Below are positions 27,717-35,843 of a stretch of DNA of 37,187 nucleotides, piece after piece. Position numbers and translations under genes: made by a program. Each line of letters opens with the position of its first letter. Positions within the stretch are counted from its first letter, which is position 1. The DNA comes from a bacterium (GTDB taxonomy: Bacteria > Zhuqueibacterota > Zhuqueibacteria > Oceanimicrobiales > Oceanimicrobiaceae): the NCBI GenBank assembly GCA_037446635.1, contig JBBIIG010000035.1:5297-42483 (forward strand). The letters are read 5' to 3'. The notes under the pieces were generated by a model. The model made no database searches, was not told the origin of the DNA, and worked only from the letters and a program-made list of their open reading frames with translations.

Positions 27717-28052
27717 TTAAATATGAGCGAGAATTTGAGAAAGAATCTTTTTGCTTTTCTTAAGCTGATCTTCCGGCACAAACAGCAGCGTCTCGGCCCC
27801 GCCCATCGCCGTGCCTTGTACGCCGTAGGCCGAAGCCAGCGCATCGGTTTGTATCAAACACGGAATGCCATTTTTTTCTAACGCGCCCTTCACCATCTCC
27901 GCATAAACCGGGCCCGGCAGCGCATGCAGCGGCGCCCATTTCACTTCGGGGTGGAATTCCTCCGGCAGCTCGTCCACCAACTCCACCAGGCAATCCGCGC
28001 ACTGCTTGACGCCGGCGACAAATTCATATTTGCATTCGGGACAGAACGGCAT
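27717..28052 (-). CDS. DUF2007-like (PII-like) protein with N-terminal zinc ribbon
   Basis: CPEC...CADC, then EMVKGALEKNGIP and LFVPEDQLKKSKKIL; SD GGAGG. Confidence 0.8.
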   Translation of the reverse strand: MPFCPECKYEFVAGVKQCADCLVELVDELPEEFHPEVKWAPLHALPGPVYAEMVKGALEKNGIPCLIQTDALASAYGVQGTAMGGAETLLFVPEDQLKKSKKILSQILAHI

Positions 28053-28117
28053 TCCATACCTCCATCTTTTTAAAATGTATTTGTCGGGGAGAGAAATCCG
28101 GCAACGCGCCCATTCTG

Positions 28118-28735
28118 CTAAACAGATTTCAACTCGTTGAAGTAGTCGGTCAACTGCAGCTTATACTTCCCGAGACTGCCGGCGAGATAGTTCTTGCCCA
28201 TCCTATAAAGGATGACGCTCACACCAATTCCTGTTATCAGCGCCAGTAGAATTTGCCACCACGCCCGCGGCGATTCCGTTAAGAAAATTACTTCAGCAAT
28301 GATTATGCAAGTTACACACATCACCATGTAAACGATGAGATATACTTTCATGGTGGTACTCACTTTGCGGATCAAATGCCCCAGCGAGTCGCGAAGATTC
28401 TCCGTGACTTGCACCCCATGAACCTGTTGTGATGCGAAAGCAAGGATGCCGACAACGGCGCCAAGAATGAGAAAGATGAAACCGAGATATACCAGCCGTG
28501 CGATGGCAAAATTCGACGAGTGCAAAATATACGGCACGAAAATCGAATAAGCCGCCAACGCCAGAAAAATGGCAATGTACCAGGATATCTCCTTTTTGAG
28601 GCGTCGCAGAAAACGATCGCGAGTGTTCATAATTTGCGGTTGTAAGAGTTGCATAAGCTCCTCCTTCGAAAGTTGTTGAGCGGCGACCCAGGGATCGGAT
28701 TGCCAGAGCTGTTTGAGATCCTCGAGTTCCATCAT
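28118..28735 (-). CDS. Four-TM membrane protein, probable anti-sigma factor
   Basis: MELEDLKQLWQ N-terminus, 4 TM segments, ATGA overlap with the ECF sigma stop. Confidence 0.7.
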   Translation of the reverse strand: MMELEDLKQLWQSDPWVAAQQLSKEELMQLLQPQIMNTRDRFLRRLKKEISWYIAIFLALAAYSIFVPYILHSSNFAIARLVYLGFIFLILGAVVGILAFASQQVHGVQVTENLRDSLGHLIRKVSTTMKVYLIVYMVMCVTCIIIAEVIFLTESPRAWWQILLALITGIGVSVILYRMGKNYLAGSLGKYKLQLTDYFNELKSV

Positions 28736-29229
28736 TGCACCGTTTGAACGATTTTCTGCAGCTTGTGTTTGATGTGGTTGAGCTTGAATCCGACATTACT
28801 TTCCGAGAGACCGAGAATGTCGGATATTTCTTTGTAGCTCACACCATCAAGGTAAAGCATAATAATGGCCTTGTCAATCTGATTGAGTTGATTAATGGCG
28901 CGGTCCAAAAGCTCCCGCTGCTCTTTTTGAGCGAAGTCATCAATGGCGAAAAGCTCCTCTTCGACCTGATCAAAATTGACATGCTGAAAGCGGTTTCGTT
29001 TCCTCAGACGTGTAATGGCCGTGTTTAACGCGATACGATAGATAAACGTACTGAATTTCGCTCCACCACGAAATTGCGGATAGGATTTCCAGACCTGATA
29101 CAGAATTTCCTGAAACAAGTCTTTGCGCTCCTCCGAATCCGACTCATAAAGCGTGCAGACTCGATGCAAAATGTTCTGATGCTGGTTAACCAGCTCAAGA
29201 AATTTCGGATCGACTGGTTGTGATTTCAT
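28732..29229 (-). CDS. ECF RNA polymerase sigma factor
   Basis: Region 2 DLFQEILYQVWKS...FSTFIYRIALN; region 4 SYKEISDILGLSESNV. Confidence 0.95.
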   Translation of the reverse strand: MKSQPVDPKFLELVNQHQNILHRVCTLYESDSEERKDLFQEILYQVWKSYPQFRGGAKFSTFIYRIALNTAITRLRKRNRFQHVNFDQVEEELFAIDDFAQKEQRELLDRAINQLNQIDKAIIMLYLDGVSYKEISDILGLSESNVGFKLNHIKHKLQKIVQTVQ

Positions 29230-29318
29230 TAATCGAAATTCATGTTCTCAGTTTATTAGTCGCGGAGAAATCGAAAACCTTAGAGAGGAGCGAAAGTAAT
29301 TAATGATGTTCGTCTTCT

Positions 29319-29352
29319 CATTAATCCATTAATCCAAAACTCCATTACTCCA
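29319..29352. repeat. Four degenerate octamers of the CA(T/A)TACTC family
   Basis: CATTAATC CATTAATC CAAAACTC CATTACTC; same family as the 25484 array. Confidence 0.5.
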
Positions 29353-29382
29353 CCTTGCCAGACTTCAAAATTTATGAATTAT

Positions 29383-31089
29383 TCATAACGCTGGATCCAA
29401 ATAAACCCACCGCAGTTTCACATCCACATAAAACAAATCCTCGGCTACTTTGAAATCTTCCGGATTCATCTCCTTCAAATCGATGGTCTGCCATTCCGTC
29501 GTCGGTGTGATGAATTCGTATTTCTTGGATGCAGTGGTTACTTTGATGGGCATCCGAAAGTCTGCCATGTCGGCGTTCCACTTGTAACGCGCGGTGACCG
29601 ATTTTCCTTTTTTGCTGGTTTCCACCACGAGCTGCGGAATCTTAGTGTGGCGGAAATATTGGTCGAAAAAGTAAGTTAGATCCTTTTCGCTTTTTTCGTT
29701 GATGAAATTGAAAACGTCGTCCGCAGTGATGGTTTGATATTTGAACGTCTCCGCCAAACCGCGAATGATCGAAAACCACAGCGCGTCATCGTCGAGCACG
29801 CTGCGCAGGGTGTTCAACACCAACTGGCCTTTGTCGTACATGTCGCCGGAGCCGCGGCGATGAACGTTGTAGGTGCCGATGATGGGGCGGTCATTCTGCA
29901 CATTGGGTTTCTTGCCGTTGATGTATTTCAGCGACTCCTCGCGGCCCCAACGGCACTCGATGAACAGCGCCTCGGAGTATGCGCCGAAGCTTTCGTGGAT
30001 CCACATATCGGCAATGTCTTTGGAGGTGACGCTGTTGCCCCACCATTCGTGCGCGGTCTCGTGGATGATGATGAAATCGAATTTGAGTCCGACTTCCGCC
30101 CAGGTGCGGCCGCGATAGCCGCCGAGATAACGATTGCCGTACGCCACCGCGCTTTGATGCTCCATCCCCGTGTGCGGCGACTCCACCAATTTGTAGCCGT
30201 CGCGGGGAAACGGATATTTGCCAAAAAATTTCTCGAAGCACGCCATCATCGGCTGCACTTGTTTGAATTGCGATTTGGCTTTGGCGAGATTCTCCGGCAT
30301 CACATAATAGTCCAGCGACAAACTATCTCCGCCGCTCCCGCCTGCCAATCGGCGGGCAGGCACGTACCATTCGCGGAAATGGGCGTACTTGCCAATGTTG
30401 ATGGTGACGTTGTAATTGTTGATGGGATAACTCACGAACCAATCGAAGCGCGTCCAGCCGTCGGGCAAGACGGTGCGGCCCCGCAGCCGGCCGTTGGAAA
30501 TGTTTTCGAGGCCCGGCGGCACGGTGACGCTGATCATCATGCTGTCCGGCTCGTCGGCCTGGTGATCTTTGTTGGGCCACCAGAGACTGGCGCCGGTACC
30601 CTGACACGTAACCACCACCCAGGGGTTGCCAGCCTGGTCGCGCTCCCAGGAGAAGCCGCCCTGCCACGGCGGCCGCTGCGCAACGATGGGATTGCCGGAA
30701 TAATAAACCGTCACTGAGTGCTGGGAATCTTTGCGAAGGGTTTCGGGAAGCTGAATGAACACGGCGTTGAATTCCCGCGTGGAGGCCGCGGGCTTGTCGT
30801 CGTCCAGCACAATTTTTTCGACCGTCATGTTGTCGAACAAATCCACCTGCATTTTCTCGAAATCTTCGACCACTTTGAACACAATTCGGTTGGAGCCGCT
30901 CAGCGATTGCGTCGCCGGATCGATTCGCACGTCGAGATGATAATAGGTGATGTCGTAGCAGGTTCGCAGTGGGGTCAACATGCCGCGCAGGGAATCGGCG
31001 CGAGTGAAGGAGTTGGTTTGGCTGTGGGCGGTTGGAGAATAAATAAGTGCGAAAAACAAGCTGAGAAAAATCCAAAGATATCGAGACAT
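29383..31089 (-). CDS. Exported M1 family aminopeptidase
   Basis: Signal peptide, GMEHQS, HETAHEWW-ES zinc motif, MYDKG; SD AAAGGA before ATG 31089. Confidence 0.93.
   Translation of the reverse strand: MSRYLWIFLSLFFALIYSPTAHSQTNSFTRADSLRGMLTPLRTCYDITYYHLDVRIDPATQSLSGSNRIVFKVVEDFEKMQVDLFDNMTVEKIVLDDDKPAASTREFNAVFIQLPETLRKDSQHSVTVYYSGNPIVAQRPPWQGGFSWERDQAGNPWVVVTCQGTGASLWWPNKDHQADEPDSMMISVTVPPGLENISNGRLRGRTVLPDGWTRFDWFVSYPINNYNVTINIGKYAHFREWYVPARRLAGGSGGDSLSLDYYVMPENLAKAKSQFKQVQPMMACFEKFFGKYPFPRDGYKLVESPHTGMEHQSAVAYGNRYLGGYRGRTWAEVGLKFDFIIIHETAHEWWGNSVTSKDIADMWIHESFGAYSEALFIECRWGREESLKYINGKKPNVQNDRPIIGTYNVHRRGSGDMYDKGQLVLNTLRSVLDDDALWFSIIRGLAETFKYQTITADDVFNFINEKSEKDLTYFFDQYFRHTKIPQLVVETSKKGKSVTARYKWNADMADFRMPIKVTTASKKYEFITPTTEWQTIDLKEMNPEDFKVAEDLFYVDVKLRWVYLDPAL
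30337..30360 (+). repeat. 24-bp mini-palindrome in frame in the M1 peptidase (encodes PARRLAGG on the minus strand)
   Basis: CCCGCCTGCC-AATC-GGCGGGCAGG, codon-aligned. Confidence 0.6.
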
Positions 31090-31245
31090 GGTATTCCTTT
31101 CTGATTTGAGCGTAAGATTAACAAATTCCTGCAAAAGATCAAGCCCCCATTCCTCCGGCCCGAGGCGTTGGAATTGATACTGATATAAATTTTTTAATTC
31201 CGGGATCATTTTCCGGGAATGATTCTTTAGGTGGTTCTGTTTCAG

Positions 31246-31267
31246 TATTTTAGAAATTGCTAAAATA
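31246..31267. promoter_or_regulatory. ArsR/SmtB operator palindrome
   Basis: TATTTTAGAAA|TTGCTAAAATA (10 of 11 pairs), 17 bp before the arsR start. Confidence 0.7.
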
Positions 31268-31284
31268 TTTTACTGGAGATTCCT

Positions 31285-31689
31285 ATGAAAAAGATTCACG
31301 TCAATGGCAAGCTCTGTATCGGCCCAAATTTTTCTGCCGCCGAATTTGCCCTCATCAAACGCAATTTGGCGAACCAAAAAGGTTTGGAAACTTTGGCCGA
31401 GCTACTGGCCGTGGCCGGCAATAGCCAGCGCCTGAAAATTCTCTATCTTTTGCACGCGCACCACGAAATGTGCGTGTGCGATCTGGCCGAAGTGCTGGAA
31501 ATGAGCGAGTCCGCGGTTTCGCAGCATCTGCGCAAACTCAAAGACAAAAACCTCGTGAAAACCCGCCGCGCCGGCCAAACCATCTTTTATTCGCTAATGA
31601 AAAATATTTTTATCTCCAACTTGGAAGACATGTTTGTTATGGATGAGACCAAAGAACATCATGCTTTTCTCATAAATGAAAGGAAATAA
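31285..31689 (+). CDS. ArsR/SmtB family metalloregulator of the mer operon
   Basis: RLKILYLL, CVCDL metal motif, SAVSQHLRKL and RRAGQTIFYSL; extra N-terminal Cys. Confidence 0.93.
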   Translation: MKKIHVNGKLCIGPNFSAAEFALIKRNLANQKGLETLAELLAVAGNSQRLKILYLLHAHHEMCVCDLAEVLEMSESAVSQHLRKLKDKNLVKTRRAGQTIFYSLMKNIFISNLEDMFVMDETKEHHAFLINERK

Positions 31690-31692
31690 ATC

Positions 31693-32025
31693 ATGCAGAA
31701 AGCCACTTTATCATCTGTCGGAAGCATCGTAGCTGCAGTAACTGCTTCGCTGTGCTGCATCGGACCGGCGGTGTTGGCGATTCTCGGCGCGAGCAGCCTC
31801 GGCGCGTTTGCTGCTTTTGAAACATATCGCCCGTTCTTCATCGGCCTCACGGTGGTTTTGCTGGGGCTGGCTTTTTATCTCACTTACCGTAAACGGGAGG
31901 TGGTGTGTGAAGACGGCAGCTGTAAAATCGAGGCCGCTGGTAAATGGAATAAAATACTGCTATGGCTGGCGGCGTTGCTCGCTTTGATATTTTTGTTTTT
32001 TCCACAAATTTTAACCCTGCTCTAA
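31693..32025 (+). CDS. merT: Mercuric ion transporter MerT
   Basis: ASLCCIGP in TM1, YRPFFIG, loop CEDGSC, 3 TMs. Confidence 0.88.
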   Translation: MQKATLSSVGSIVAAVTASLCCIGPAVLAILGASSLGAFAAFETYRPFFIGLTVVLLGLAFYLTYRKREVVCEDGSCKIEAAGKWNKILLWLAALLALIFLFFPQILTLL

Positions 32026-32045
32026 TTTAATAAGGAGGTTTTGTT

Positions 32046-32378
32046 ATGTTCAAAAAAGTTGTGAGCATCGGGCTGGTTTTCTTTTTGGGGGCGGTTCTCC
32101 TTTTTTGCTGCGGTAAAAATAATTCCAACGAAACCCCAAAGGCGACGACTGTGAATATTCAAAAAGTGAAGTTAGACGTACAGGGGATGACCTGCACCGG
32201 CTGCGAATACGGGGTGGAAACCGCCCTGAAAAAAATTGCCGGCGTAACCAAAGCCGAAGCGGATTTTGTCAGCGGCTCCGCGGAGGTGGAATTTGATCCG
32301 CAACAGGTTACCGTGGACAAATTAGTAGAGGCAGTAAACAAAACCGGCTTCACCGCCAAAGCACCACAATTAAACTAA
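32046..32378 (+). CDS. merP: MerP-like heavy-metal-associated protein, probably a lipoprotein
   Basis: GMTCTGC HMA motif; signal peptide ending LLFCCG; directly follows merT. Confidence 0.75.
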   Translation: MFKKVVSIGLVFFLGAVLLFCCGKNNSNETPKATTVNIQKVKLDVQGMTCTGCEYGVETALKKIAGVTKAEADFVSGSAEVEFDPQQVTVDKLVEAVNKTGFTAKAPQLN

Positions 32379-32382
32379 GGAT

Positions 32383-32619
32383 ATGAAAAACATTGGGCCA
32401 TTACTTCTTGCGGCGATCATCGCGAGCATTTGTTGCGGCGGACACGTAATCATCGCTCTTTTGTCTACTCTCACCTTGAGTTGGTTTATGTCATGGCCGG
32501 GACTGGCTTTTGGCGTGATGCTTAGTTCCGTAGTTGCGGCCGTGGTATGGTACCGTAAACGCCAGACCAAAAATTGCCCATGCGACGCTGTACCAGACCA
32601 ATCAAATAATCAACCATGA
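32383..32619 (+). CDS. MerF-like two-TM mercury transport protein
   Basis: 78 aa; CC in TM1 (ASICC), second TM followed by RKRQTKNCPC, the same layout as MerF. Confidence 0.6.
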   Translation: MKNIGPLLLAAIIASICCGGHVIIALLSTLTLSWFMSWPGLAFGVMLSSVVAAVVWYRKRQTKNCPCDAVPDQSNNQP

Positions 32620-32690
32620 ATACCAAGGTAAGCACGATACGTCACTGTTGTTCTGAAGCCATCGACCCCTTCTGTTGCGGCGAACCGTAA
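32616..32690 (+). CDS. 24-aa Cys-rich peptide MNTKVSTIRHCCSEAIDPFCCGEP
   Basis: ATG overlaps the upstream TGA (ATGA 32616-32619); two CC pairs; TAA at 32688-32690. Confidence 0.5.
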   Translation: MNTKVSTIRHCCSEAIDPFCCGEP

Positions 32691-32794
32691 CGCGCTTGGT
32701 GGATTTCGTTTTTTTATTTCCTCGCCTGCCGCTTGTAAATGAGGTGAGGTTAGCTCAATTATCAACACTTCACTTTGACAGAAGGAGTTTAACC

Positions 32795-33286
32795 ATGATG
32801 AAAAAATTTATTTCATCCAGGGGAATTTTGTCTCTGATTGCCGCAATCTTGGTGGCTTTTTTTAGTGTGCTTTCCTATGCTCAAGAGAAGACAGGCATAC
32901 CAGAGCGGATTGACAAGGTATCTACCAAAGATTTTGACGCCACCTTTAAAGCCATCGAAAAAACCCTCAAGGCAAAAGGTTTTATGATTGTCGCAACCGT
33001 TGACCATCAAAATATGCTGACAATGGTTGGCATCAAAATCAAAGGTTCAAAGACCATCGAATTCGGTAAGCCGGATATGGGCAAGATGCTGTTACCCATG
33101 GCGCCGGAAGTTGGACTCGAGATGCCGGGTCGTTTTTACATTTGGGAGCGTGGCGACGGCAAAACCGTGGTCAGCTACTACCGACCGTCTGTGGGTTTCA
33201 GCAAGTATGGCAACGAGATGATCGCAAAGATGGGTGCTGATATGGACGGCATGTGGAGCATGATCGTGGACGAAGCCCTTAAGTAA
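32795..33286 (+). CDS. Exported DUF302 family protein, Met-rich
   Basis: Signal peptide; GFMIVATVDH, IEFGKP, VGLEMPGRFYIWE and SYYRP motifs; SD AAGGAG before ATG 32795. Confidence 0.85.
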   Translation: MMKKFISSRGILSLIAAILVAFFSVLSYAQEKTGIPERIDKVSTKDFDATFKAIEKTLKAKGFMIVATVDHQNMLTMVGIKIKGSKTIEFGKPDMGKMLLPMAPEVGLEMPGRFYIWERGDGKTVVSYYRPSVGFSKYGNEMIAKMGADMDGMWSMIVDEALK

Positions 33287-33303
33287 CCATTGCGCTCAAT
33301 GGT

Positions 33304-33370
33304 CTCATGGTGCATCTCTGATTTCAGGCGCATCTGATCATGATTTGGTGCATACGAGATGCACCCTGAG
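33304..33370. other. Long intergenic stem-loop
   Basis: CTCATGGTGCATCTC / GAGATGCACCCTGAG (14 of 15 pairs) with an inner GCATC/GGTGC stem. Confidence 0.5.
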
Positions 33371-33398
33371 CAACTTGCAAACCAGAGGAGAATGAGAG

Positions 33399-34205
33399 AT
33401 GCTTATTACCATAATAGACATTCTTTTTGTCCTCGCCGGGCTTGCAGGTATTACCGTGGGATTTCTCCGCCAAAAAAGCGTCCCTCCAATTTCCCCGGTA
33501 CCGGTAAGCTCGACAAAGGAGATAATTCTCACCGCTCTGGCATTGATTCCAGCAGCGGTGGGTCCAAACATTCTGGTGGTTGCTCTGACCCCAGGCATGC
33601 CAGCGATGCCGGCTCTTACGCAGTATCTGCTCCTGCCTTCCATCGCACTCTTAATTATAGTTTCAGAAGTTGCACACCGTTTGCGGCTCGAGCGGCTAAC
33701 CAATCGAATTTGGACCGGCGTCTGGGTGGGCGCCGTCTCAACCGCCGCCTTGGATGTGATTCGCCTTACCGGCTTTTCACTTGGTTGGATGCCGGGCAAC
33801 ATGCCAAGAATGTTTGGGGTGCTGATTCTGGACCGGATGGCATTAGGTCCATCCCACCTTTCTGACATTATCGGGGGACTGTATCACTATTGGGTTAGCG
33901 CCTGTTTTGGTTTGACCTATACCCTGCTAATCGGACGAACGCGATGGTGGGGAGGTCTCATTTGGGCCCTCATCATTGAAGTGGGAATGATGACTACCCC
34001 CCCGATGGTGGTTGCCATGGACACCGGATATTTTGGAGTGAAGTTCGGCTTTGGATTGCTGGGGGTGAGCTTGACTGCCCATATTGTTTATGGTCTCGTG
34101 CTCGGATGGTTACTTGAGCGCTACACAAGGCATCACGGGGGGATAGTACCACTGGTAAAAGAAACTTTGAAAGCTACTTACATTTTAAAAACAGCAAAGG
34201 AGTAA
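33399..34205 (+). CDS. Hypothetical multi-pass membrane protein with Met/His motifs
   Basis: About 7 TMs; WMPGNMPRMFG, YHYW, MMTTPPMVVAM and AHIVYG; SD GAGGAG; stop in frame with merA. Confidence 0.8.
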   Translation: MLITIIDILFVLAGLAGITVGFLRQKSVPPISPVPVSSTKEIILTALALIPAAVGPNILVVALTPGMPAMPALTQYLLLPSIALLIIVSEVAHRLRLERLTNRIWTGVWVGAVSTAALDVIRLTGFSLGWMPGNMPRMFGVLILDRMALGPSHLSDIIGGLYHYWVSACFGLTYTLLIGRTRWWGGLIWALIIEVGMMTTPPMVVAMDTGYFGVKFGFGLLGVSLTAHIVYGLVLGWLLERYTRHHGGIVPLVKETLKATYILKTAKE

Positions 34206-34217
34206 TATATTGACGGG

Positions 34218-35843
34218 ATGACCTGTTTGACCTGTGCTCGCCATGTCACGGAAGCCCTCGCAAAAACAAAAGGTGTGAAGGACGTGGAGATGGGCGATTG
34301 GCACGCTGGCCAGGCCCTCGTGTATGCCGAACCCACTGTGGACAATCAAGTCCTTATCAAAGCCGTGAAAAACGCCGGCTACCGAGCGACTATCTTAGAA
34401 CGACAGGGTTTGGAACGAGAACTGAAAACGCACCAAAGCGATGGCCATGAATTTGATCTCATGATCGTTGGCGGCGGCTCCGCGGCGTTTGCCGCCGCCA
34501 TCAAAGCCAGCGAGCTTGGGGCCAAAGTTGCGATTATTGAATCCGGCACCATTGGCGGCACCTGTGTCAATGTTGGCTGCGTGCCTTCCAAAACCTTGAT
34601 TCGGGCGGCGGAGCAGTGCTTTAAACGATCCTCGCACAATTTCAACGGCTCGACCGCCTGCGCTCCGCCGGAAGACTGGCCGCAAATCATTCAGATGAAA
34701 GATGAACTGGTGGCCGAACTGCGGCAGGAAAAATATATCAATGTCGCCAAAGCTTATCCTAACATTTCCATCCTTCAAGGGGAAGCCCAATTTCGAGATG
34801 GGCAGAGTCTGGCCATCGATGGTAGAACTTATACCCCGGGCAAAATCCTCATTGCTACCGGTTCCCATCCGTGGGCGCCACCGATTCGAGGCTTGCAGGA
34901 AAATGGCTTCCTCGATAGCACGGCAGCTTTGAGCCTTTCGACATTACCGAAAACCATGACCGTCATCGGGGCCGGCTCCATCGGCCTGGAACTGGCGCAA
35001 ATGTTTGCTCGCTTCGGCGTTAAAATAACTTTGTTGGAGGTTCTGCCGCGAATTGCTCCAGCGGAAGAGCCGGAAATTAGCGAAGCCTTGACTCAATACC
35101 TTCAGGAAGAAAAAATGGACGTCCATGCCGGGGTGGTGATTGAGCGGGTGGAAAAGAAAAAAGAGGGGTATCATCTGACGGTTGAGATCAATGGCAAGAC
35201 AGAACGGCTCAACTCTGAGCAATTGCTGGTGGCCACCGGCAGAAGGCCAAACACCTCCCGGCTCAATCTCTTGATCGCCGGAGTGGCGGTGGGTAAGCGT
35301 GGGGAAATTGTTGTCAATGAATATTTGCAGACCACCAATCCCAACGTTTATGCCGCGGGTGACGTCATTGGCGATCCCATGTTTGTTTACGTTACGGCCT
35401 ATGCCGGTGCCCTGGCCGCAGAAAATGCTCTCAACCAGGCTCGCAAAACGTATGACCTTTCGGCTCTTCCCCGGGTGACGTTCACGGACCCGCAGATCGC
35501 CAGCGTCGGCTTGACCGAAGCTCAGGCCCGCGAAAAAGGCTACCCGGTAAAGACCTCCATCATTTTTGCCAAAGACGTGCCGCGGGCGCTGGCCGCCCGG
35601 GATCCCCGCGGTCTGATTAAACTGGTGGTGGATGAGAAAGATGGCCGCCTTCTGGGCGCACATATTCTGGCGGCTGAAGCCGGTGATGTGATTCAGGAGG
35701 CCACACTGGCCATTCGCTTGGGTTTAACTTACAAAGACCTCGTTCAAACCTTCCATCCCTATTTGACCTGGGTGGAAGGAATTAAACTCGCGGCCATTAC
35801 CATCGAGAAAGATGTGCACCAGCTTTCCTGTTGTGCGGCGTAG
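34218..35843 (+). CDS. merA: Mercuric reductase MerA with N-terminally clipped NmerA domain
   Basis: MTCLTC, GGGSAA FAD motif, redox-active GGTCVNVGCVPSK, EKY and HPYLT tyrosines, C-terminal LSCCAA. Confidence 0.95.
   Translation: MTCLTCARHVTEALAKTKGVKDVEMGDWHAGQALVYAEPTVDNQVLIKAVKNAGYRATILERQGLERELKTHQSDGHEFDLMIVGGGSAAFAAAIKASELGAKVAIIESGTIGGTCVNVGCVPSKTLIRAAEQCFKRSSHNFNGSTACAPPEDWPQIIQMKDELVAELRQEKYINVAKAYPNISILQGEAQFRDGQSLAIDGRTYTPGKILIATGSHPWAPPIRGLQENGFLDSTAALSLSTLPKTMTVIGAGSIGLELAQMFARFGVKITLLEVLPRIAPAEEPEISEALTQYLQEEKMDVHAGVVIERVEKKKEGYHLTVEINGKTERLNSEQLLVATGRRPNTSRLNLLIAGVAVGKRGEIVVNEYLQTTNPNVYAAGDVIGDPMFVYVTAYAGALAAENALNQARKTYDLSALPRVTFTDPQIASVGLTEAQAREKGYPVKTSIIFAKDVPRALAARDPRGLIKLVVDEKDGRLLGAHILAAEAGDVIQEATLAIRLGLTYKDLVQTFHPYLTWVEGIKLAAITIEKDVHQLSCCAA

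Noticed and set aside
31090..31209. N-terminal extensions in the ORF track (also 5457..5513, 18698..18727, 21967..21999, 32675..32794)
   Set aside because: Downstream ATGs have better SD and/or signal-peptide or domain-start context; some extensions run through repeats.
34218..35843. Dihydrolipoamide dehydrogenase or generic disulfide reductase
   Set aside because: The C-terminal CC pair, NmerA motif, active-site tyrosines and merT/merP context identify MerA.
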